DNA of 64,000 bases from a virus: the IMG/VR virus record IMGVR_UViG_3300027844_002282; one strand, given 5' to 3'. Position 1 is the stretch's first letter. The number at the start of each line of letters is the position of its first letter. Both the position numbers and the translations under genes were made by a program. The notes beneath the pieces are model-generated. The model did not search any database and was not told where the DNA came from. It saw only the letters and a list, made by a program, of their open reading frames with translations. This document shows, one piece after another, positions 8,796 to 17,600 of this stretch.

Positions 8796-9267
8796 ATTGT
8801 AGCTCGTCCTTATACGATTGCAGCGCCGGGTTGTCAGCATCCCTTTGACGAACCCTCTTTTGAAAACCAGGATCGTCTTTCAACCAACCCTTTGCATCCC
8901 CCATCATGGTACTGATTCCAATACTTTTTGATTTTTCCTTAAGATATCTGTCCCAGGCACTAATCGTGTCATCTATTCCTGAGTCCATGCCTTTGACCAA
9001 GTCAAAAAACTTTCTCACCGCAAGATAGGCGGCATTTTTCTTTTCGTCATTACTATCGAGATTCAACACCGACAATATAGCGTGAGCTTCATTATAAGCA
9101 TTTTCAATCTGTAGCCTCTTCCTTGGATACATGACTTGAAGCCGATCCCTTACTGGCACATCGCCCGGCCCAGCTGTTATAGTCCAACCTCGACTCTTAG
9201 CCGTAGAAACCCAATCCTTTTTGCTTGTTTCGAGCACCTTGTTGCCATTTTTAGTTTTTATTATCAT
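8776..9267 (-). CDS. hypothetical protein with a basic/Trp N-terminal segment
   Basis: 163-aa ORF with GAGGG RBS; begins MIIKTKNG...SKKDW...GW. Confidence 0.65.
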   Translation of the reverse strand: MIIKTKNGNKVLETSKKDWVSTAKSRGWTITAGPGDVPVRDRLQVMYPRKRLQIENAYNEAHAILSVLNLDSNDEKKNAAYLAVRKFFDLVKGMDSGIDDTISAWDRYLKEKSKSIGISTMMGDAKGWLKDDPGFQKRVRQRDADNPALQSYKDELQSTQNNS

Positions 9268-9464
9268 TACGCCCTCTTATGATTGGGTTGTGTTTTGTTA
9301 TGTTGTGATTATGTTACTTATTTTTAGTAATACTCCTTCATAGAGCTTGCAAAACCAGTAATTAACGGTATAATATCACTGTTATGAACGCCATCCAGCC
9401 CGGAACGGCTGAGATGATAGGAAAAGCCCCGGACTGAACACTGGGGCATTTTCTATTTTAGGGC

Positions 9465-9492
9465 TTGACAAATGGGAAACACGAACTATTGT
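9465..9492 (+). promoter_or_regulatory. sigma70-like promoter of the RNase P RNA
   Basis: TTGACA-16 nt-TATTGT just upstream of the P1 helix. Confidence 0.55.
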
Positions 9493-9507
9493 TATGTATT
9501 AACAATT

Positions 9508-9703
9508 TCTTTTAGGCCGACTCGTCGCTGGTTAAACCAGAGGAAAGTCAGGACTACACTTCTTAAGGTAGGACGGAAAACCGGATAGCACTACCGAGGT
9601 AGCAACGCAAACAGGCTGAGTGTGTGAGAAGCACTGTGAAGCCGGGTAGCGGCAAAGATTAATGACGAGGTTGAAACAAAATCCTGCTTACGAGCCTAAA
9701 AGA
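9508..9703 (+). ncRNA. rnpB: minimal RNase P RNA
   Basis: P1 TCTTTTAGGC/GCCTAAAAGA, P2 CTCGTC/GACGAG, P3 CTGG/CCAG, conserved GAGGAAAGTCAGG and AACAAAATCCTGCTTA strands forming P4. Confidence 0.85.
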
Positions 9704-9721
9704 TTAATTATTGGTTAAAAA

Positions 9722-10060
9722 ATGGAATGTCTAAATCAAAATAAAACTCACAAACGAGGTGAAGAATTGGAGAAACCAAGCAAAGTGAAGATGGTCATAC
9801 GTTTCTTGATATTTTTTGCTATATCATTCCTTTTAATCGAAGGAATAGAGCATATTCTTCATGAGGTCTTCGATATACACATGCACGGCTGGTTTTCTTG
9901 GGGCGGACTTGGGGTTATCATCTTATTTGGATTTAAATTTCACATGATTTGTTGCGTCATTCCCTCAATCATCGCGGCAATCCTCTGCATTAAGAAGCGC
10001 CACAAACATTGCGACCATGATCATTGCAAGAATGGGGCCCAGGATGAAAAACAGCCATAA
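9722..10060 (+). CDS. small His-rich membrane protein
   Basis: 2-3 hydrophobic segments; HKHCDHDHC tail. Confidence 0.6.
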   Translation: MECLNQNKTHKRGEELEKPSKVKMVIRFLIFFAISFLLIEGIEHILHEVFDIHMHGWFSWGGLGVIILFGFKFHMICCVIPSIIAAILCIKKRHKHCDHDHCKNGAQDEKQP

Positions 10061-10475
10061 GACTGCGAAATCGAGAGATAAGGCCTCTGCCCCCGCACGA
10101 TGGCTCAATAGAAAGTATTTATTAGTTGATAGATGCTTAGACTATGGGTGCGGTGCGGTAAGGGCACAGACGCTGATGAATTGTCAATGCACCGATATGA
10201 TCCACATTTTTTCCCGACCTCACCAGAAGGTTTATATGACACGATTACATGCACTTATGTATTAAATGCAGTTAGCGAGGAAGAGGGGGGCGGAAATCAT
10301 CATCAAAATAAGAGGGCTCCTTAAGGATAGCGGTGTAGCATATATAACTGTCAGGAGAGACGTAAAAGAAGATGGTTGGACAAGAAGGAGTACATTTCAG
10401 AGGAATGTCATTTTGGATGAAGAATCATTAATTGACAATTCCAGTTTCTGCATTTACAAAATAAATAAGGAGTAG
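10044..10475 (+). pseudogene. class I SAM methyltransferase, frameshifted
   Basis: LDYGCG, YDPHFF, YDTITCTYVLN and AYITVRRD motifs spread over three reading frames. Confidence 0.7.
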
Positions 10476-10477
10476 AC

Positions 10478-11464
10478 ATGAACGGTGAACCTCTCGTATT
10501 TTCTGGGCGTTCCAACGAAAAGTTGGCAAAAAGCGTTGCGCGGTATTTATCGATTCCACTTGGCAACAGATTTATCAAGCTTTTTGAAAGCAATAGCAAC
10601 CGGGGGGAAATACATGTCGAATATAACTGTAACCTCCGAAAACGAGACATTGTCATAATCCAAACCATCTTCGATCCAGTGAACGATGACTTAATGGAAT
10701 TGCTCGTCATGATCGATTGTGCTAAGAGGGCAAAGGCAAAAAATATCACCGTAATTATTCCTTATATGGGATACTCAAGACAGGATCGCAAAGATAAGCC
10801 AAGAGTTCCCATCACATCAAAGTTGGTGGCTGGACTTATTGGGTATGCGGGGGCAGACGACGCTCTTCTCATAAACTTACATGCTCCACAAATCGAGGGG
10901 TTCTTCGATATTGGTGTCGATCACATTTCATGCACCAAGATTATGGTGGAAGAACTTCTTAAGACGATTGGCAAATGCCCCACAGAAGACATTGTAATGG
11001 TCGCTCCAGACGAAGGCGCTGGAAAGATTGCCAAAGAGTACAGAAAGTTCGTTCCAGGATCAAGATTGGCTGTAATATCAAAAACCAGACATAGCGGAAC
11101 AAACACGACATCTGACTTCATCATGGGAGAGGTTGACGGTAAGGTCTGTGTTCTTGTAGACGACTTGACCTCGACTGGTGGCACCTTGATCAATGGGGCG
11201 GAGTTGCTTATGAAAAAGGGGGCAACAAAAGTTTATGTTGCTGTCGCTCATGGCTGCTTTATCAACAATGGAAAAATCAAGAGCTATGAAAATATTGAAA
11301 ATAGTTGTATCGAAAAAGTTTTGGTGACAAACTCTATTGACGTAAAGAAAAGTCCAAAAATTAAAATCGTAAACCTTGGAAAATTAATCGGAGAGTGTGT
11401 CCTTAGAGCTAACGACGGAAGGTCGATTTCGGATCTCTTTTCTTCACCGGAGGACGACGAATGA
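10478..11464 (+). CDS. prs: ribose-phosphate pyrophosphokinase (PRPP synthetase)
   Basis: PYMGYSRQDRK, NLHAPQIEGFF, VAPDEG and LVDDLTSTGGT motifs. Confidence 0.95.
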   Translation: MNGEPLVFSGRSNEKLAKSVARYLSIPLGNRFIKLFESNSNRGEIHVEYNCNLRKRDIVIIQTIFDPVNDDLMELLVMIDCAKRAKAKNITVIIPYMGYSRQDRKDKPRVPITSKLVAGLIGYAGADDALLINLHAPQIEGFFDIGVDHISCTKIMVEELLKTIGKCPTEDIVMVAPDEGAGKIAKEYRKFVPGSRLAVISKTRHSGTNTTSDFIMGEVDGKVCVLVDDLTSTGGTLINGAELLMKKGATKVYVAVAHGCFINNGKIKSYENIENSCIEKVLVTNSIDVKKSPKIKIVNLGKLIGECVLRANDGRSISDLFSSPEDDE

Positions 11465-11889
11465 GCCTTAAAAGAAGTATACAGATAGCATACGAAAACA
11501 AGCTCGCTCGCGGGTGGGACAGAACTTATTGGGCTATCGACTTGCATGGAACAATATGCCCTGGGGGATATTATTTAAACGATTTGGAGAACCAATCATT
11601 TTATCCTATGGCAGAAGAGGCGTTGAAAACGTTGACAGCAGATCCCGAATTGATTTTAATCTTATGGACTTGCTCACACGAGCCTTACATAGAAGGGTAT
11701 TTGAAATGGTTTAAGAAACATGGAATCAAGTTTGATTTCATAAATTCTAATTTAGAATGTCTCCCAAATGAATTTCAAGATTTTAGCAAGAAGTTTTATT
11801 GCAATGTTATTCTTGATGATAAAGCCGGATTTAATCCGTTATCTGATTGGCAGACTGTTCTTGAAGGGTATATACAATACAAAGAATAA
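11461..11889 (+). CDS. HAD-superfamily hydrolase-like protein
   Basis: IDLHGTI, ILWTC and ILDDKAG motifs. Confidence 0.7.
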   Translation: MSLKRSIQIAYENKLARGWDRTYWAIDLHGTICPGGYYLNDLENQSFYPMAEEALKTLTADPELILILWTCSHEPYIEGYLKWFKKHGIKFDFINSNLECLPNEFQDFSKKFYCNVILDDKAGFNPLSDWQTVLEGYIQYKE

Positions 11890-12347
11890 TGGGTAATTGG
11901 TACAAAACAGCTAAGAATAAATCCGCTAAAATGCCAGAAAATTTTTAAGTTGTTGAGAAGGGTCCCGACAATGGTTATTCATTAGACTGGAAACTATGGG
12001 CAGGCGCAAATGACTGGGAGGCCGGAATCACTCTAATGGCAGTCCTATTTGGACGTGATACACCTGGTCAGAATAGAATCTGGGTTGAGATAGATAATAG
12101 CCAATTCCCAGATGGAAACAATAACGATAAAAAAGATGACGTTATTAATGAAATCAGAGAGTGGGGAGATCTCGCTATTAAGACTTGGATCGATGAAATG
12201 AAAGTCTCCGAGAAAGAAAAGGGCAAAGACTGGGAGAACCTACCACTTGACAATTTCATGGGTGCTTTAGATTCAGATAAAATGAAACCATTTATATCTG
12301 AATGGGGATTTGATTCCTTATTATGGAAACCTACTGGTAAAAATTAA
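11889..12347 (+). pseudogene. WYK-leader protein with one in-frame TAA
   Basis: MGNWYKTAK start is in frame with ORF 12036..12347, interrupted only by TAA at 11946-11948. Confidence 0.6.
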
Positions 12348-12443
12348 AGACGATCCTAATTTAACTTTAGCCCCTCATCACCTATTAGACTTTCAAATAG
12401 TTCCCACCAAGTGCCTTGAGAACGTTGTGGTACAGAACGGTTA

Positions 12444-13052
12444 TCAAGCGTAAGCTTTGGTCTTCTCTTCTGACGCATGAATGTAATCGATTGAAACTTT
12501 CGGCACCAACTTGGTGTAATCGAAAAATATCCATCTCTTCATGTCCTCAACCACTTCGTCTTCATTAACATGTCTGAGGTATTCATTTATTTCATCCCAG
12601 GTGCTAAACATGTGCTCATCCGGGATCATACCAAACATCCAGTCGGGAATTTCGCTCTTCCCCTGTTTGCAGTGTATGAGGACGGGGTTCTTCATCCTGT
12701 TGGCCCAACTAATCTCTTCATGGGTTCCACAAGTTGGTATTGAGGTATCGAGATTAACAATTAAGAAGTCGGCCATATCGACCATTCTAAGATCAACGAT
12801 TCTCACCTTTTTCATTTCACTGGCAATCGTTTTGTAATCCCCATCTTCTTTTAATTTAGTCCTATACTGAAGACACTCTATATCCAACCCGTCCTCAAGG
12901 TCAATGGGCTTGTCGCATGGGTTAAGAACAACAATCCCCATCTTTTCGAGTATATCACCTTCCCACACCCGCCATTCCGCGCCCTGATCGGGGGCCTTGT
13001 CCATCGCACCCGACAAGTAGCATCTCATTCCCCATAACCTGTGATTTTTCAT
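12444..13052 (-). CDS. nucleoside 2-deoxyribosyltransferase-like protein
   Basis: YLSGAMD, VLNP, DLRMVDMAD and GTHEE motifs. Confidence 0.75.
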   Translation of the reverse strand: MKNHRLWGMRCYLSGAMDKAPDQGAEWRVWEGDILEKMGIVVLNPCDKPIDLEDGLDIECLQYRTKLKEDGDYKTIASEMKKVRIVDLRMVDMADFLIVNLDTSIPTCGTHEEISWANRMKNPVLIHCKQGKSEIPDWMFGMIPDEHMFSTWDEINEYLRHVNEDEVVEDMKRWIFFDYTKLVPKVSIDYIHASEEKTKAYA

Positions 13053-13650
13053 ATTAACTCCAGTGTTGTGTTAAATAACATACTATACTCAAAATTTCTC
13101 GTAATACAAGCAGGAAGGAGCCAGATCGGTGAGCCAAGTAATAATAATAATAATGGAAGTTGATAGTCAAATCATTAGTTTATTTTTGATTGTCCATCTT
13201 TTCGATGGATGGGGTGGCAGCGAGTTAGTCGTTGATAAAGCAACAACGCTATCTCATGGGTTTGCAAAAACACAAGTATTCACCCTCAATCAAAAATCTA
13301 AAATCGGAATCGGCACTGTTACTATTTCGGAATTTGGAGAATATGATGGCGTAGTTAAAGGCAAAGTTGTTTTATGTATGCGGTCTATACTTGAACTCTT
13401 CTATAAAGAACACGATAAAAAATGTTTCTGAAGGAGGCGCACGAAGAGTTCTCCTACCAATGGATTGTGTTGTTATAAGCCAAGACGAAACATTGAAATA
13501 TTATTTTGAAAGGAGATTCCACAATGACGAAGAAAAACTTGTTGAATACCTAAACAAAAATATAGGGCCTGAAATTGACAGAAGACATGTAATGGTCGTG
13601 TCAGGCGGATACATTGCCATAGAATTTTATTAACGATGTAGAATGATAGT

Positions 13651-14163
13651 ATGAGGAAAAATATAACAATTTGGTTTACCGGAATCCCGTGCAGTGGGAA
13701 AACAACCTTGGCATTGTCTTTCAAGAGAGAGTTAGAGACTCTTGGCCACAAGATTGTCCATTTAGATGGAGATAAATTAAGAGAGGGTTTATGCAAGGGC
13801 CTGGGGTTTTCTAACGAAGGGAGAAAAGAAAATTTGAAAAGGGTAGCTCACGTTGCAGAGTTACTGAACCAGGAAAATATTATTGTATTAGCAAGCTATG
13901 TTTCCCCAACTGAGGAAATGAGAGATGTGGTTAGAGAGATCGTTTCAGATCTAAACCTAATCCATGTCGATTGTTCACCAGAAGAATGCGCCAATAGAGA
14001 CGTTAAAGGGATGTGGAAGAAGGCTAAAGATGGAGAAATCAAAGGATTCACTGGATACGATGCCCCGTTTGAGCAGCCAGTTGATGCCGAGTTAACAATA
14101 AATACAAACGACTTGACATTAACGGAATCTATCGGTATATTATTAAACCATTTTAACTCATGA
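13651..14163 (+). CDS. cysC: adenylyl-sulfate (APS) kinase
   Basis: WFTGIPCSGKTT P-loop, LDGD, RDVKGMW and FTGYDAPFE. Confidence 0.95.
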   Translation: MRKNITIWFTGIPCSGKTTLALSFKRELETLGHKIVHLDGDKLREGLCKGLGFSNEGRKENLKRVAHVAELLNQENIIVLASYVSPTEEMRDVVREIVSDLNLIHVDCSPEECANRDVKGMWKKAKDGEIKGFTGYDAPFEQPVDAELTINTNDLTLTESIGILLNHFNS

Positions 14164-14566
14164 AGGGAGGGGAATTATGACAGAAATCACAGAAAAACAA
14201 GAAAACACCACATAATCACAACACTTTAGCGGACCAAACAGAAGATTGGAAAGCTCAAATAATATATATTACAAAACAATGAGTTTGATTCTCCAGAAGA
14301 AGCGGCAGAATATATCGAACAATATGTCAAAGATGTTAAGGAGTTGAATCATTTGACGAAGAAGTTCAATATTCTCGGATATTCTCACGAAAGTGAAATG
14401 AGCGTGGGGCAACAAAAGGGTTTTGTAGGAAGTTTTGGCCCACTAATGGAGCAGTTGGCGGATATTGGCAGAAGAGAGTTGGAAAAGAAAGGAAGGAATA
14501 GCACCCCTATTTATTGAAAATATAACTATGTCTAATATGGCATAATTCAATAGGGGGGATAAAGTT

Positions 14567-14914
14567 ATGGCAACCAAAGCCACGAATTCCAGGAAAAAGA
14601 CTCCAACAAAATCGCGTACTCCAGCCAAGAAGCCCGCCGTGTCTGTAAAAGAAGACCCCAAGGTAAAAAAGACTGGTGTGTTTAGAGAGTCAAGGGTGAT
14701 TATTTCATTTTGCATCGTTGCAATCATGTTTATTATCATTGTTTTGCAAGGCAAAGAAATCAGTGGTATAAAAAACTCCACTGATATTAATAGAACGCTA
14801 ATTGCCCAAACGGATGACAAAGTCGCCGCAAACGTTAGTAAAATCCTAACGATATCAAGTGATATCGAGAAATTAAAGAAAAGATCCGCCTTCGCGGTAA
14901 AAAAAAAAGAGTGA
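14567..14914 (+). CDS. single-pass membrane protein with coiled-coil; may continue past an A-run frameshift
   Basis: basic N-terminus, one TM helix (VIISFCIVAIMFIIIVL), AGG-N19-GAA motif upstream. Confidence 0.6.
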   Translation: MATKATNSRKKTPTKSRTPAKKPAVSVKEDPKVKKTGVFRESRVIISFCIVAIMFIIIVLQGKEISGIKNSTDINRTLIAQTDDKVAANVSKILTISSDIEKLKKRSAFAVKKKE

Positions 14915-15159
14915 GGTAGTCACATCAGAATCTGTCCCAATACCGACCATAGACCCCAATGTGACATTAAAGGTATTCGAAGATGTCGAAAGCCTCGAAG
15001 AGTTCACGCTTGATGTCACGACAGTGGAGCCCGCCCCTCCGGTAGAGACATGGTACGTAGAAGATAAGCCAGCCCTACTGAAGCCACGTTCGTGGAGGTG
15101 TAAAGCCCCATGGAAATGGAAGATTTGGTAGAAAAGATGTAGAATCTTTGTGTAAGAGC

Positions 15160-15188
15160 TTGACATTGCCCTTTTGAGAGGCTATGTT
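15160..15188 (+). promoter_or_regulatory. sigma70-like promoter upstream of the ncRNA/tmRNA unit
   Basis: TTGACA-17 nt-TATGTT. Confidence 0.6.
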
Positions 15189-15349
15189 GTATCTCAGTTT
15201 GAAAATAGAATAGTTTGTGGTTTCCAGTTTCCGTAAAAACTGGTGGTGGAGGGTATAGCGATTCAAACCGTTTTTGCCCCTGGCTACAAGGAGTCGTTTT
15301 ATTGGGTTAAGCACCTTGTCAATGCTAACCCAGATTTTCCACATTTTGT

Positions 15350-16054
15350 GGGGACGTAACAGGTATTCGACTAGAATGGTAGAATATCAATTGCATGTCG
15401 AGGATGACTGTTGGCCTCGTTAAACATCAGTTAAAAAACATAAAAGCGAACAACGAAGAAATCCTTCAGTTCCCTGGTCTTGATGCAGGTTTTGCAGCAC
15501 CAGTAGAGGCTCCGGCCTTTGCAATCGCTGCCTAATTAGTTGACAGACTAACTCGGCCTTAATTGAGCCGAGCGCTTAACGGATGGACCCTTGATAAATC
15601 CGTAAGCGACAAAAATCGAGGAAAGCGCTTGATACTGACTCACCTGAGTTGAGAGTGAAAGTTTTAGGTGATCGTCATACTGCCAGTTGGTGTTAATACC
15701 TGCGAATGTAATACGGCACAGACTAAAAGATAGCAAAATTAACTATACATGTAGACGTTGATATAAAGTTGTTTTAGGACGCGGGTTCGATCAAATTGGT
15801 CGCCATGAGAAGTGATTCTCATTGGAAACTGAGAGCTTTCACGGTGAAAGCTAAGTTGAGTAATCAATATGCCAACGCCGTATGGTGAATCTGAAAAGAG
15901 GAAGCCATCTAGAGACTTATAGAGTCCTAAGGTATTTATACTATGGATCACTAGGATGGGTAAAACCATAACACGCTCTCCCCTGACTTGTCAGGTGAAG
16001 AAATAGTCCTTGCCAGGTGAAAGTCTGGGTGTACAAGCCCCGCCGTCTCCACCA
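15350..16054 (+). ncRNA. ssrA: tmRNA, intron-containing (exons 15350-15791 and 16038-16054)
   Basis: GGGGACG/CGTCTCC-A-CCA acceptor with G3:U70, GGTATTCGAC, tag ORF 15446-15535 (ANNEEILQFPGLDAGFAAPVEAPAFAIAA*); spliced T-arm GCGGG-TTCGATC-CCCGC. Confidence 0.93.
15792..16037 (+). mobile_element. group I intron in the tmRNA T-loop (246 nt, no ORF)
   Basis: 5' exon ends in U pairing with G in P1 (CGAUC/GGUCG); terminal G; P3 GAGAGC/GCTCTC; core elements AGAGACTTAT (15911) and GAAGAAATAGTCC (15997); P8 CCTGAC..TCAGG. Confidence 0.9.
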
Positions 16055-16059
16055 ATATG

Positions 16060-16097
16060 AAAAAGGCTGAGTGCCTATAAAGCACTCAGTCTTTTTT
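16060..16097 (+). terminator. intrinsic terminator after the tmRNA
   Basis: GGCTGAGTGC-CTATAAA-GCACTCAGTC hairpin followed by T6. Confidence 0.8.
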
Positions 16098-16171
16098 GTT
16101 TTCGAAGGGAATTGTTTTAATAAGAAGGCCCTTCGCCTCCACCTGTAGTATAATATGTTAGAGGTGATAAG

Positions 16172-16747
16172 ATGGCAAAAGAGAAAATAAAATGCGCTAA
16201 CCCAGCATGTGAAAAAATTTTTGAAAAAGAAAGGAAAGAAATAAATAGAAGCGAGAGACTTGGGAGGCTTCAATATTGTTGCTCTTCTTGTTATGGGAAC
16301 CACAGGGGGAAGAACGCCTTGAAGTTCGTGTCGGAAGAAAATATTAAAAGGAATCAAATAAATATTAAAAACTATTGTGGAAACAATAGAGATGGGTTTA
16401 CAAGGTTTAGATATTTTCTAAAAAATTATAGAACAAGGGGCAAAGAAAGGCCTCAGAAAAAAGGGGATATAGACCTGGAATTCTTAAAATCACTATGGGA
16501 GTCTCAGAAAGGCATTTGCCCTATTACTGGATGGAATATGGTTTTGCCAAACTCTATTGCCGGATGGGAAGACAAAGGTATGATGAGAGCGAGTCTTGAT
16601 AGAATCAACTCTAATTTTGGGTACTTTAAAAATAACGTCAGATTCGTTTGTTTTATTGCAAACATTGCCAAAAACAATTTTTCAGATAATGATTTATTAA
16701 AATTTTGCGAGGCCGCGACAAAATTTAACAAAAAGTCAGATTTATAA
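16172..16747 (+). CDS. free-standing HNH-type (His-Me finger) endonuclease, probable homing endonuclease
   Basis: N-terminal CANPAC..YCCSSC Zn module; QKGICPITG ... SLDRINSNFGYFKNNVRFVC...NIAK motif. Confidence 0.75.
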   Translation: MAKEKIKCANPACEKIFEKERKEINRSERLGRLQYCCSSCYGNHRGKNALKFVSEENIKRNQINIKNYCGNNRDGFTRFRYFLKNYRTRGKERPQKKGDIDLEFLKSLWESQKGICPITGWNMVLPNSIAGWEDKGMMRASLDRINSNFGYFKNNVRFVCFIANIAKNNFSDNDLLKFCEAATKFNKKSDL

Positions 16748-16803
16748 ATGTCTATCTTTTTGTTTCCACAATGTATAATCATATCAAATCTAAGGAGAGA
16801 CCT

Positions 16804-17598
16804 ATGCTATTAAGTAAAGATGGAAAGAGAAATATTATAGACAGAGTCACTGTTACTGGTGCAGATGACAATACAGACATTGACAATATGGTAGAGGTCT
16901 ACGATGAATACCCCTTTGTTGAATGGGGTATTTTGCTATCACGCGAACAAATTGATGGAAACAGATTCCCCAGCTTTGATTGGATGAGAGATCTTTATAA
17001 CATTTCTTCGCAAGAAGACCGATTCTTTAACATCGGTGGGTGGACTTGTAAAAAGCAATTCCCCCTGTCTGGGCACATTTGCGGAAGCTGGGTTGACCAG
17101 ATCCAAAAAGTTGGGTGGAAAAATTTCTTCAACTCCTTAGATAGAAATATGAAAAATATATTTGCGATGTTTTCAAGGCTCCAAATAAATCTTCATGGGG
17201 AAACCCCAAAAGTTACGGACGAGTTCTACAATGGGTTTTACGACCCGTCATTTGTAGGGAAACAAATAATCATACAAGAGAGCGGTGAAAGTAAAGACAT
17301 TGTTGAAAGGCTTAGGCTTCGGGGAGTTAACGCGACATTGCTATTTGATAACTCCCACGGTGCCGGAGTGTTACCTGGTGGTTGGCCAGACAGGAATGTT
17401 CCAGGATATATTGGATATGCTGGTGGCCTCGGACCAAAAAATGTCGCAGAAGAAATTCCAAAAATAGAAAAGTCATCGGGCGATGAGAAAATATGGATTG
17501 ATGCTGAAACAAAGGTAAGGGATGGCGTTGGAGATCTTGACATGAATTTGACAAGGGAATTATTAAAGAAATCAGAACCGTTTATTATAGGACGATAA
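16804..17598 (+). CDS. TIM-barrel protein, phosphoribosylanthranilate-isomerase-like
   Basis: TVTGAD, QINLHG, LFDNSHGAG, GYAGGLGPKNV and WIDAE; AGGAG RBS. Confidence 0.7.
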   Translation: MLLSKDGKRNIIDRVTVTGADDNTDIDNMVEVYDEYPFVEWGILLSREQIDGNRFPSFDWMRDLYNISSQEDRFFNIGGWTCKKQFPLSGHICGSWVDQIQKVGWKNFFNSLDRNMKNIFAMFSRLQINLHGETPKVTDEFYNGFYDPSFVGKQIIIQESGESKDIVERLRLRGVNATLLFDNSHGAGVLPGGWPDRNVPGYIGYAGGLGPKNVAEEIPKIEKSSGDEKIWIDAETKVRDGVGDLDMNLTRELLKKSEPFIIGR

Positions 17599-17600
17599 AT

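Noticed and set aside
15941-16357. Minus-strand 138-aa ORF with repeated WRRR
   Set aside because: It is antisense to the intron, the tmRNA 3' end, the terminator and the endonuclease start; the repeat only reflects the two CGCC/CTCCACC-like sequences.
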